64,000 nt of DNA from Lachnospiraceae bacterium (GTDB taxonomy: Bacteria > Bacillota > Clostridia > Lachnospirales > Lachnospiraceae): contig JAAUZJ010000007.1 of assembly GCA_014804695.1 (NCBI GenBank), positions 53,545-117,544 of the forward strand. Reading direction: 5' to 3'. The number at the start of each line of letters is the position of its first letter. Position 1 is the stretch's first letter. A program made the position numbers and the translations under genes. The notes beneath the pieces are model-generated. The model had not been told where the DNA came from and searched no databases. It saw nothing but the letters and a program-made list of their open reading frames with translations. This document shows positions 45,421-53,195 of the stretch, piece by piece.

Positions 45421-47460
45421 CTATTTATTTAAGTCTAATTCAATATCACCAGCAAATACCTGATCTTCTTTACCAAGTGCACCAGGGATAATGGTAAATG
45501 TATTAGAAATACCATCCTGAGCATCCTTGAACGGAAGTTTGGATACTGAAGATAAGGAAGCTACTGCACCATGAGTATCACGTCCGTGCATCGGGTTAGC
45601 ACCGGGAGCAAACGGCTGGCCTTTCTTACGTCCGTCAGGTGTATTACCTGTAGCCTTACCATATGTTACATTAGAAGTAATAGTAAGGATAGAAGTTGTA
45701 GGAACACCGTTTCTGTAGGTGTGGTGTCTTCTGATCGCGGTCATGAATTTATGAACGATCTCCTGTGCAATAAGGTCAACACGGTCATCGTCATTACCAT
45801 ATTTCGGGAAGTCGCCTGTTGTCTTGAAGTCAACGATAACGCCGTCTTCATCTCTAATAGGCTCAACCTTTGCATATTTGATTGCTGATAAAGAGTCAGC
45901 TACGATAGACAGACCGGCAACACCTGTTGCGAAGTAACGTTTTACGTCTCTGTCATGAAGAGCCATCTCTGCTCTCTCATAGCAGTATTTATCATGCATA
46001 TAGTGAATGATATTCAAAGTATTTACATATACGTCGGCCTGCCATTCCATCATATCCATGAATTTAGCATATACATCATCATAATCAAGAACATCACCCT
46101 CTACAGGACGATATTTAGGTCCAACCTGTTTCTTGGTAACTTCGTCAACACCGCCGTTTAATGCGTAAAGCAGACATTTAGCGAGGTTTGCACGAGCGCC
46201 GAAGAACTGCATTTCTTTACCGATAACCATAGAAGATACGCAGCATGCGATACCGTAGTCATCGCCATGGGTAACTCTCATAAGGTCGTCGTTCTCATAC
46301 TGGATTGAAGAAGTCTGGATAGACATCTTAGCACAGTATTTCTTCCAGTTCTCAGGAAGTCTGGTAGACCAGAGAACTGTTAAGTTCGGCTCCGGAGAAG
46401 GTCCTAAGTTTGTTAAAGTATGCAGATAACGGAAGCTCATCTTAGATACTAACGGACGTCCGTCAACACCAACACCACCAAGAGATTCGGTTACCCATAC
46501 CGGATCGCCTGCGAAAATCTGGTTGTATTCAGGTGTACGAGCAAATTTGATCAAACGTAATTTCATAATGAAGTGGTCAACGAATTCCTGAATCTGCTCT
46601 TCAGTGAATGTTCCGTTAGCCAAATCTCTTTCTGCATAGCAGTCAAGGAATGTAGAAGTACGTCCAAGAGACATAGCAGCACCGTTCTGCTCTTTAACTG
46701 CGCAAAGATAACCAAAGTAAGTAGCCTGGATAGCTTCCTGTACGTTAGTAGCAGGTTTAGAAATATCGCAGCCATAGGAAGCAGCCATTTCTTTCATGAG
46801 CTTAAGAGCTACCATCTGCTCTGAAAGCTCTTCACGAAGACGGATTACATCGTCTGTCATAACACGTCCTGTAGAATCTTTCTGAGCCTGTTTGTCTTCA
46901 ATAAGATAATCGATACCATACAGAGCAACACGTCTGTAGTCGCCGATGATACGTCCACGTCCATAAGCATCCGGAAGACCTGTGATGATATGTGATGAAC
47001 GGCAAGCTCTCATTTCCTGATTGTAAGCATCGAAGCAGCCTGCATTGTGTGTTTTTCTGTGTGTGGAGAAGAACTCGCTGATCTCAGGGTCAACTTCATA
47101 ACCGTTGTCGGAGCAAGCCTTTTCTGCCATTCTGATACCGCCGTAAGGCTGAAGAGAACGCTTGAAGGGCTTATCTGTCTGGAAACCAACGATTGTTTCT
47201 TTGCTCTTGTCCAGATATCCGGGACCGTGGGATGTAATTGTGGAAATTACCTTAGTATCCATGTCAAGTACACCGCCGGCTTCACGTTCCTGTTTCTGTA
47301 AATCAAGAACCTGTGCCCATAAGTCTTTTGTGTTCTGTGTAGGAGCAGCTAAGAAAGAGTCATCGCCTTCATAAAGGTGATAGTTCCTCTGAATGAAGTC
47401 ACGTACGTTTACTTCATTCTCCCACTTGCCGCCTACAAAATCTTTCCATTCTGGTCTCAT
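45421..47460 (-). CDS. pflB: Pyruvate formate-lyase catalytic body, lacking the C-terminal glycyl-radical domain
   Basis: PFL-like throughout: active-site GIACCVSS (Cys-Cys) and [22 protein letters not shown]. It ends ...[22 protein letters not shown] with no RVSGY motif. An AGGAGG RBS precedes it. Confidence 0.9.
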   Translation of the reverse strand: MRPEWKDFVGGKWENEVNVRDFIQRNYHLYEGDDSFLAAPTQNTKDLWAQVLDLQKQEREAGGVLDMDTKVISTITSHGPGYLDKSKETIVGFQTDKPFKRSLQPYGGIRMAEKACSDNGYEVDPEISEFFSTHRKTHNAGCFDAYNQEMRACRSSHIITGLPDAYGRGRIIGDYRRVALYGIDYLIEDKQAQKDSTGRVMTDDVIRLREELSEQMVALKLMKEMAASYGCDISKPATNVQEAIQATYFGYLCAVKEQNGAAMSLGRTSTFLDCYAERDLANGTFTEEQIQEFVDHFIMKLRLIKFARTPEYNQIFAGDPVWVTESLGGVGVDGRPLVSKMSFRYLHTLTNLGPSPEPNLTVLWSTRLPENWKKYCAKMSIQTSSIQYENDDLMRVTHGDDYGIACCVSSMVIGKEMQFFGARANLAKCLLYALNGGVDEVTKKQVGPKYRPVEGDVLDYDDVYAKFMDMMEWQADVYVNTLNIIHYMHDKYCYERAEMALHDRDVKRYFATGVAGLSIVADSLSAIKYAKVEPIRDEDGVIVDFKTTGDFPKYGNDDDRVDLIAQEIVHKFMTAIRRHHTYRNGVPTTSILTITSNVTYGKATGNTPDGRKKGQPFAPGANPMHGRDTHGAVASLSSVSKLPFKDAQDGISNTFTIIPGALGKEDQVFAGDIELDLNK

Positions 47461-47724
47461 TTTGAATAGCCTCCTGTTTTAATATATTTTTGATATGTTT
47501 AGCATGTCATATAAATTAAGAAAACATGCTTAAAATCCTGTATATTTATTATATTTAAATAATAAGGTTACGTCAAGTCGGGCAATTGTACTTTTTCTCA
47601 TACAAAGCATGAATTTTAATGTAATTTTTTGTGAAAAATGTATGATGTGGCTTGCAGTAATTGTGATTTGCGACTATACTGTATAGCAGAAAACTTACTC
47701 AAACAAAATCGGAGGTATAAAAAT

Positions 47725-47916
47725 ATGGCAGAAATAACGAAAGAGATGACAATTGGAGAGATTTTAAGGACAAACCCTGATGTGGCGCCTATACTTATGA
47801 ATGCGGGTATGCATTGTCTGGGCTGTCCTTCGGCACAGGGCGAATCATTAGAAGAAGCCGCTATGGTGCATGGTATGAATATTGATGATTTAATGGCACA
47901 GATTGAGGCACTGTAG
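47725..47916 (+). CDS. DUF1858 domain protein (hybrid-cluster-protein-associated redox disulfide type)
   Basis: [51 protein letters not shown] prefer the ATG at 47725 with a GGAGG RBS over the track's start at 47638. Confidence 0.8.
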   Translation: MAEITKEMTIGEILRTNPDVAPILMNAGMHCLGCPSAQGESLEEAAMVHGMNIDDLMAQIEAL

Positions 47917-47955
47917 AAACAACGTTTGGTATATTTTGCAAACTGTCTTTATGTT

Positions 47956-47990
47956 AAAAAAGGAATCTGAAATTGCTCAGATTCCTTTTT
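47956..47990. terminator. Bidirectional terminator (DUF1858 gene on +, mecA on -)
   Basis: AAAAAAGGAATCTGA-loop-TCAGATTCCTTTTT. Confidence 0.75.
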
Positions 47991-48005
47991 ACGTTCTTAT
48001 GATAT

Positions 48006-48758
48006 TTAAATATTTGCCAAAGACGGTATGGCCTTATCTTTGATGACCGGTTCAAAGTGCTCTTCCAGATAGGATTCTGCTGCGGATGAAAAAGGTTCCG
48101 GTTTGCCGTATTCGCTCAGAATGTTACAAATTCGGTTAAAGTCCGCGGTCTTAAGTCCCAGAGGACTTATGAGCAGAAGATATGAACCATCATTGTCGTT
48201 TTTGTATAATGAACTTGCGCCTTTGTATATTGGCGCGGCAATATGCGCAAGCTTTATTACGTCAGAAAGAGATACAAAGGAAAACATACGCTCAGTATGC
48301 GGAACGGAAAGCGCATCCTTATTCTGTGTGGAAGGTGTATTAACGGTATCGGAAGACGGCGTTGTCCGGCTCTGCTGATCCATCTTGCGCAGCATATCTA
48401 TCACCTCATCGGCATTGTCCGAAAATGCTTCAATAAGGTCATCGTCATCATCATAAACCTCGTCATGAACCGAAGGCGCAAATTTGGAAAAACGTGTATC
48501 GAGTTCTTCGGGGTCTTCCACTTTAGTTATAATAAGAACTATACATTCCGCGTTAAGGGGAATTGCTTCTATCATAAGCGGAATATCTTCTGCTTCAAAT
48601 CCGCATTCATAAGCGGCTAACTGCATCATATCACGAAACAGGGTTTTAGCCTTGTCGGTACCGTATGCCAGTTCGCTTATTTTTAATTCCCTGTCCGCTA
48701 AATCTTCTCTTGTGAGCGTGCAGCGAATCTGATGTTCGTTTACTTTTTCGATTTTCAT
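48006..48758 (-). CDS. mecA: Adaptor protein MecA
   Basis: MKIEKVNEHQIRCTLTREDLADRELKISELAYGTDKAKTLFRDMM is a MecA-type N-terminal domain. An acidic linker and a C-terminal domain follow. Confidence 0.85.
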   Translation of the reverse strand: MKIEKVNEHQIRCTLTREDLADRELKISELAYGTDKAKTLFRDMMQLAAYECGFEAEDIPLMIEAIPLNAECIVLIITKVEDPEELDTRFSKFAPSVHDEVYDDDDDLIEAFSDNADEVIDMLRKMDQQSRTTPSSDTVNTPSTQNKDALSVPHTERMFSFVSLSDVIKLAHIAAPIYKGASSLYKNDNDGSYLLLISPLGLKTADFNRICNILSEYGKPEPFSSAAESYLEEHFEPVIKDKAIPSLANI

Positions 48759-48936
48759 AATATCACATCCCTTACTATTAAGATACTGATACTGTTAATT
48801 TATGTGAATTATTTAAATAAAATAATGATAAGTCATCAAAATTTTATTTATGATAAAAGTATCTTATACTTTGTGTTGGTTTAAGTCAATAGTATGACAA
48901 AACTCTTTAAAAAAATTTAATATTTTTAGAAATAAC

Positions 48937-48965
48937 TTGCTTTTTTGTCACATTATGGTTATAAT
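48937..48965 (+). promoter_or_regulatory. Near-consensus sigma-A promoter in the AT-rich intergenic region
   Basis: TTGCTT (48937-48942), a 17-nt spacer, then TATAAT (48960-48965). Confidence 0.4.
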
Positions 48966-49007
48966 AACAACAAGATGTCTCCTGATAATCTGCACAGGAA
49001 GGAGGCA

Positions 49008-49085
49008 ATGCGTAAATATAAATATAATATGAAAATTCTATTCCTTATACTGCATATAGTTATATATATTATTATTATTTTATAA
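49008..49085 (+). CDS. Speculative 25-aa hydrophobic small ORF
   Basis: MRKYKYNMKILFLILHIVIYIIIIL, preceded by AGGAAGGAGG with a short spacer. It lies about 45 nt downstream of the predicted promoter. The AT-rich context makes a chance ORF plausible. Confidence 0.2.
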   Translation: MRKYKYNMKILFLILHIVIYIIIIL

Positions 49086-49514
49086 TTATATTCATATAAT
49101 TATCACAAATATGGTATAGGGAAGTCTTACAGGCTACAGTGCCTGATCGTAGAATAATTATTTTCTTTCGTTATTTTCACAATTATAATTCACAAGGATT
49201 GAAAAGGTTATACAACTATTTTTATTTTTTAGGCATGTCGGGAACATCTTACGGATTATTGCGATTTACAATTTGCTTATCGTCATTTATTGTTTTTACT
49301 AATTTTTTTATAGTTTTATTACACTGCGGAAATCCTTTTGGAAAGTTTTGGCTATAAAATGCTTAAACGCTGATTTCGCGGATATAATAGGTTTTAGGAA
49401 TCCCCATTTTTAAGCGTCGTATTTTGCGAAATCAGTCAAAAAAAGTAAAAAATGATAATGACGGTAAGGCAATAGTCTGTTATAATTAAGAACGGTTAGA
49501 AAGGAGCTGGATAA

Positions 49515-51212
49515 ATGAAAAAGATAATTCCGGTGCTTATTGCAATCGTTCTGATTATAATTATTGCGGCAGTAGGATTTGGTGCAAAAATAATTGAAAA
49601 GTATTCCTATTCCAAAGAATATGCAGATTTAGATGAATATTTTGGAATTGAGGGAGAGGATGACGTGGCGATCATTCTTCAGGATGAACAGATTGAAGAA
49701 TATGCCAAAATATGGGATAACACATGTTATTTCAGCCTTGCTGTTGTACATCAGTATCTGAATGACAGATTTTATGAAGATAAGATAGAAAGTCTTCTTT
49801 TATATACACTTCCGGATTCGGTCATACGTACCGAAATCGGAACTTCGGATTATTGGACAAGTAATGACGAGATAAATAACGCGGGATATGTTATTGCCAG
49901 ATATGAAGGAGATGTTCTTTATATAGCGGCAGATTTTGTTAAAATGTATACAAATTTTTCTTATGAACTTTTTACGGAGCCTTATCATATGCAGGTTTAT
50001 ACCGAATGGAATGAGAGGCAGGCGGCCACGATCGGTAAAGATACCCAGGTGCGGTATCAGGGCGGCATAAAGAGCGATATACTTACCGATGTATCTGAAG
50101 GAGATAGTGTGATCGTTCTGGATGAGATGGAAACCTGGAGTAAAGTCAAAACTAAAGACTCTTATATAGGATATGTGGAAAACAAGAAACTTACAGATGT
50201 GCATAGTGAAGAACCGATTCCTGTAACAGATTATGAAGAACCGGAATACACAAGCATATCTAAGAATTATAAGATTAATCTTGCATGGCATGCCGTTTAC
50301 AGCGTTGGAGGAAATGATACGCTTACGGAGGTGCTTGCCGGTACGAAGAATATAAATGTAATTTCTCCGACATGGTTTGTGCTGACCGGCGATGCGGGAG
50401 AGTTTACCAGCTTTGCATCCAAAGATTACGTAAGCAGGGCTCATGATATGGGCATGGAGGTATGGGCATTAATAAGCAATATTACGGATACCGAGACGCT
50501 TGATATGTATGAGTTGCTTTCTAAGACAACTACAAGAACCAATATTATAAACAACCTGATCAATACGGCGATAGAATATGATCTGGACGGAATTAATATT
50601 GACTTTGAAGATATCGGAGTGGATACCGGAGAGGGCTTTATAGAATTTATCAGGGAACTTTCAATTCCGTGCAGGGCAAACGGCATAGTGCTTTCGGTGG
50701 ATAATTATGTGCCCATGGGATATAACGATTATTACCGCAGGGACGAACAGGGGGTAGTGGCCGACTATGTAATAATAATGGGCTATGATGAACATCACGG
50801 GAACAGCAAGGAAGCCGGCTCGGTGGCGTCAATTGATTTTGTGGAAGATGGAATTGCCAAGACAATTGAGGAAGTTCCTGCCGGAAAAGTTATAAATGCA
50901 GTTCCTTTTTATACAAGAATATGGGAAACTAACGGCGATTCGGTGAGCAGTCAGGTAGTCGGAATGGATATGGCGGATGAATATGTTGCTAATCATTCCA
51001 TAGATATAAGATGGGATGAAGAAACCTGTCAAAATTACGGAGAATATCAGTCGGGCAACAGTTTATATCAGGTCTGGTTAGAAGACGATGAATCCATCAG
51101 AGTAAAGCTGAATGTTATGGATAATTATAAAATAGCGGGTGTTGCGGAATGGAGGCTGGGATTGGAGAAGCCTTCCGTATGGACTGCGATTGAAGAGTAT
51201 ATTAATAGATAA
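49515..51212 (+). CDS. Membrane-anchored GH18-family glycoside hydrolase-like protein with SH3b domain (YaaH/YdhD-like)
   Basis: N-terminal TM helix, an SH3b-like segment (DSVIVLDEMETWSKVKTKDSYIGYVENKKL), and the GH18 catalytic motif DGINIDFED. Confidence 0.8.
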   Translation: MKKIIPVLIAIVLIIIIAAVGFGAKIIEKYSYSKEYADLDEYFGIEGEDDVAIILQDEQIEEYAKIWDNTCYFSLAVVHQYLNDRFYEDKIESLLLYTLPDSVIRTEIGTSDYWTSNDEINNAGYVIARYEGDVLYIAADFVKMYTNFSYELFTEPYHMQVYTEWNERQAATIGKDTQVRYQGGIKSDILTDVSEGDSVIVLDEMETWSKVKTKDSYIGYVENKKLTDVHSEEPIPVTDYEEPEYTSISKNYKINLAWHAVYSVGGNDTLTEVLAGTKNINVISPTWFVLTGDAGEFTSFASKDYVSRAHDMGMEVWALISNITDTETLDMYELLSKTTTRTNIINNLINTAIEYDLDGINIDFEDIGVDTGEGFIEFIRELSIPCRANGIVLSVDNYVPMGYNDYYRRDEQGVVADYVIIMGYDEHHGNSKEAGSVASIDFVEDGIAKTIEEVPAGKVINAVPFYTRIWETNGDSVSSQVVGMDMADEYVANHSIDIRWDEETCQNYGEYQSGNSLYQVWLEDDESIRVKLNVMDNYKIAGVAEWRLGLEKPSVWTAIEEYINR

Positions 51213-51223
51213 CAAGCGATATT

Positions 51224-51251
51224 GAGCCGGGGATAAACACTCCGGCTTTTT
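51224..51251 (+). terminator. Rho-independent terminator
   Basis: GAGCCGGgG-loop-CtCCGGCT followed by TTTTTAT. Confidence 0.7.
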
Positions 51252-51361
51252 ATATTTTGGAGTAATTTCGGAAAATAAGAGGTTTATTTATTATAAAATT
51301 GGTATTATAATGGTATTCATACAGAAATACTATGCTTTAGAGAAAGGTATGGAGGATTTAT

Positions 51362-51796
51362 ATGAAAATATCTACAAAGGGAAGGTATGCATTAAGATTG
51401 ATGCTGGATTTGGCTACGTATAGTGCAGGAGGGCCGGTGAGCCTTAAGGATGTGTCAAAAAGGCAGGAAATATCGGATAAATATTTAGAGCAGATCATTG
51501 CGGTCTTAAACCGGGCAGGTTATGTCAGAAGCATCAGAGGGGCGCAGGGTGGATATGTCTTGAAAAAAGCGCCGTCGGAATATACGGTTGGCATGATCCT
51601 GCGGCTGACTGAAGGAGATCTTGCGCCGGTAAGCTGTGTCGGAAATGAAAAAGAAGAATGTGAGCGTGAAGCGCAGTGTGTTACCGTAAGAATCTGGCAG
51701 CAGATCAATGATGCCGTTAATAATATAGTGGACAATATTACATTGGAAGATATGCTGGAATGGCAGGCAGAATTATCAGACCAGTATACAATATAG
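51362..51796 (+). CDS. Rrf2 family transcriptional regulator
   Basis: MKISTKGRYALRLMLDLA... and an HTH (ISDKYLEQIIAVLNRAGYVRSIRGAQGGY). Its Cys residues (CVGNEKEECEREAQC) could ligate a cluster. Confidence 0.9.
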   Translation: MKISTKGRYALRLMLDLATYSAGGPVSLKDVSKRQEISDKYLEQIIAVLNRAGYVRSIRGAQGGYVLKKAPSEYTVGMILRLTEGDLAPVSCVGNEKEECEREAQCVTVRIWQQINDAVNNIVDNITLEDMLEWQAELSDQYTI

Positions 51797-51841
51797 GATA
51801 GGAAACGGGCAGATTCCGATTACTGTTTTGCTTATGATATT

Positions 51842-51893
51842 TTACTCATTTGATGCATAAAGTATAACAATACATTGTATTGGGAATGAGTAA
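51842..51893 (+). promoter_or_regulatory. Nested hairpin abutting the amidase start codon
   Basis: The outer stem TTACTCATT (51842-51850) / AATGAGTAA (51885-51893) ends at the base before the ATG at 51894. The inner hairpin is CAATAC-att-GTATTG (51868-51882). Confidence 0.3.
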
Positions 51894-52607
51894 ATGAAAC
51901 GAGCAGAAAATTTTAAAGCATTAATAAGGGTAACGGCGGCTCTTCTTATTATGACGTCTGTTTATTTTCTGATGTATCAGAAAACAGAGCAGACTAATTC
52001 AGGAGGAGTTGTCAGCAATAATAAAAAAACATGCGTTATTGTTGATGCCGGTCATGGAGGCGCCGATCCTGGGAAAGTAGGAATTAACGGAGCGTTAGAG
52101 AAGGATATCAACCTGGAAATAGCCATGAAGTTAAAGAGTTTTCTTGAAATGGAGGATGTGGAAGTAATATTGACAAGGGACTCCGATGCGGGACTGTATG
52201 ATGAAGATGCTTCTAATAAGAAAGTACAGGATATGAAGAGGCGTGTAGAGATCATTGAGGCTGCCAAGCCCGATGTTACTGTCAGCATTCATCAGAACAG
52301 TTATCATGAAGAATATGTACATGGCGCACAGACTTTTTATTATGAAGGAAGTGAGAGAAGCAAGGCTCTTGCGGAGAAAATACAACAGGTGTTATTGAAT
52401 GAAGTGGATAAAGATAATAAACGTGTCGCAAAGTCTAACGATAGTTATTATCTTCTTAAAAAAACGTCTGTACCTATTGTTATTGTGGAATGTGGATTCC
52501 TGTCTAACAGTGAGGAGGCGCAGAAACTTAATTCCGAATATTATCAGGAGAAACTGGCATGGGCGGTGCATCTTGGAATACTTCAGTACATAAATGATTT
52601 GAAATAA
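51894..52607 (+). CDS. N-acetylmuramoyl-L-alanine amidase (Amidase_3, CwlD-like)
   Basis: TM anchor, VIVDAGHGGADPGKVG, SIHQNS and ECGFLSN motifs. Confidence 0.9.
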   Translation: MKRAENFKALIRVTAALLIMTSVYFLMYQKTEQTNSGGVVSNNKKTCVIVDAGHGGADPGKVGINGALEKDINLEIAMKLKSFLEMEDVEVILTRDSDAGLYDEDASNKKVQDMKRRVEIIEAAKPDVTVSIHQNSYHEEYVHGAQTFYYEGSERSKALAEKIQQVLLNEVDKDNKRVAKSNDSYYLLKKTSVPIVIVECGFLSNSEEAQKLNSEYYQEKLAWAVHLGILQYINDLK

Positions 52608-52798
52608 AAGAGTATCAGGAATTCTAAATTAATAATTAAGAAAATTGTTAAAATTTTATCAAATTGAGGAATATAGTAGACATTGTGATAGAAAACATAT
52701 TATAATAATCACATCATGGAGCAGTCTGCCGATATGGGAAAAGCGCAGATTGGTAAGGCACAAATATCGCAGATTGAGAAAGGAGCATTGTTATTGAT

Positions 52799-53167
52799 AT
52801 GGCTAAAACAATTTTAGTAGTTGATGATGACCCAATGAATCTGAAAATGGCAGACTTTATTCTGAAAAAAGCATCTTATGAGGTTATATTGGCAGCTTCC
52901 GGTTCGGAGTGTCTGGATAAACTTAAAGAAAATAGTGTAGATTTAGTTCTCTTGGATATTGAAATGCCGCAGATGAGCGGAATCCAGACTTTGGAACAGA
53001 TTCGTGCAGAAGGCAGTTTTGCGGATCTTCGGGTTGTATTTTTGTCGGCGTCCGGAGAAGCAAGCGATATGCAAAAAGCTGATTCCTTAGGAGCAATGGA
53101 TTATGTGAAAAAGCCGTTTCTTCCGCCGGCTTTACTGGAATGTGTAGAGAAGGCGCTGAATAAATAG
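52799..53167 (+). CDS. Stand-alone response-regulator receiver protein (CheY-like)
   Basis: ILVVDDDPMNL, LVLLDIEMPQMSG (phospho-acceptor Asp context), and KKPF. 122 aa with no output domain. Confidence 0.9.
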   Translation: MAKTILVVDDDPMNLKMADFILKKASYEVILAASGSECLDKLKENSVDLVLLDIEMPQMSGIQTLEQIRAEGSFADLRVVFLSASGEASDMQKADSLGAMDYVKKPFLPPALLECVEKALNK

Positions 53168-53195
53168 CGCATACATAAGAAGGGGAGCTACTTAT

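Noticed and set aside
45103-45462. The 354-bp insert in pflB as a self-splicing group I or II intron, or as an intein.
   Set aside because: The insert has in-frame stop codons, which rules out an intein. I tested every equivalent splice position allowed by the CAGGTA repeat. None gives a 5' exon ending in U together with an intron ending in G, which is the group I rule. The start does not resemble GUGYG, and the element is far too short for a group II intron with domain V. Its internal ORF and the downstream fragment each have a proper RBS and ATG, which fits separate translation better. RT-PCR would still settle this definitively.
49139-49357. 72-aa ORF from the six-frame track in the mecA/GH18 intergenic region.
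   Set aside because: It has a GTG start without an RBS, an extremely AT-rich low-complexity sequence (runs of F, I, Y, N), and no recognisable motif. It is most likely a chance ORF in AT-rich DNA.
49360-49514. A c-di-AMP (ydaO-type) or other known riboswitch upstream of the GH18 cell-wall hydrolase gene.
   Set aside because: The context is tempting, because ydaO riboswitches often precede wall hydrolases. However, I could not find the conserved G-rich and ACCC-type core segments I remember for that class. Only generic inverted repeats are present.
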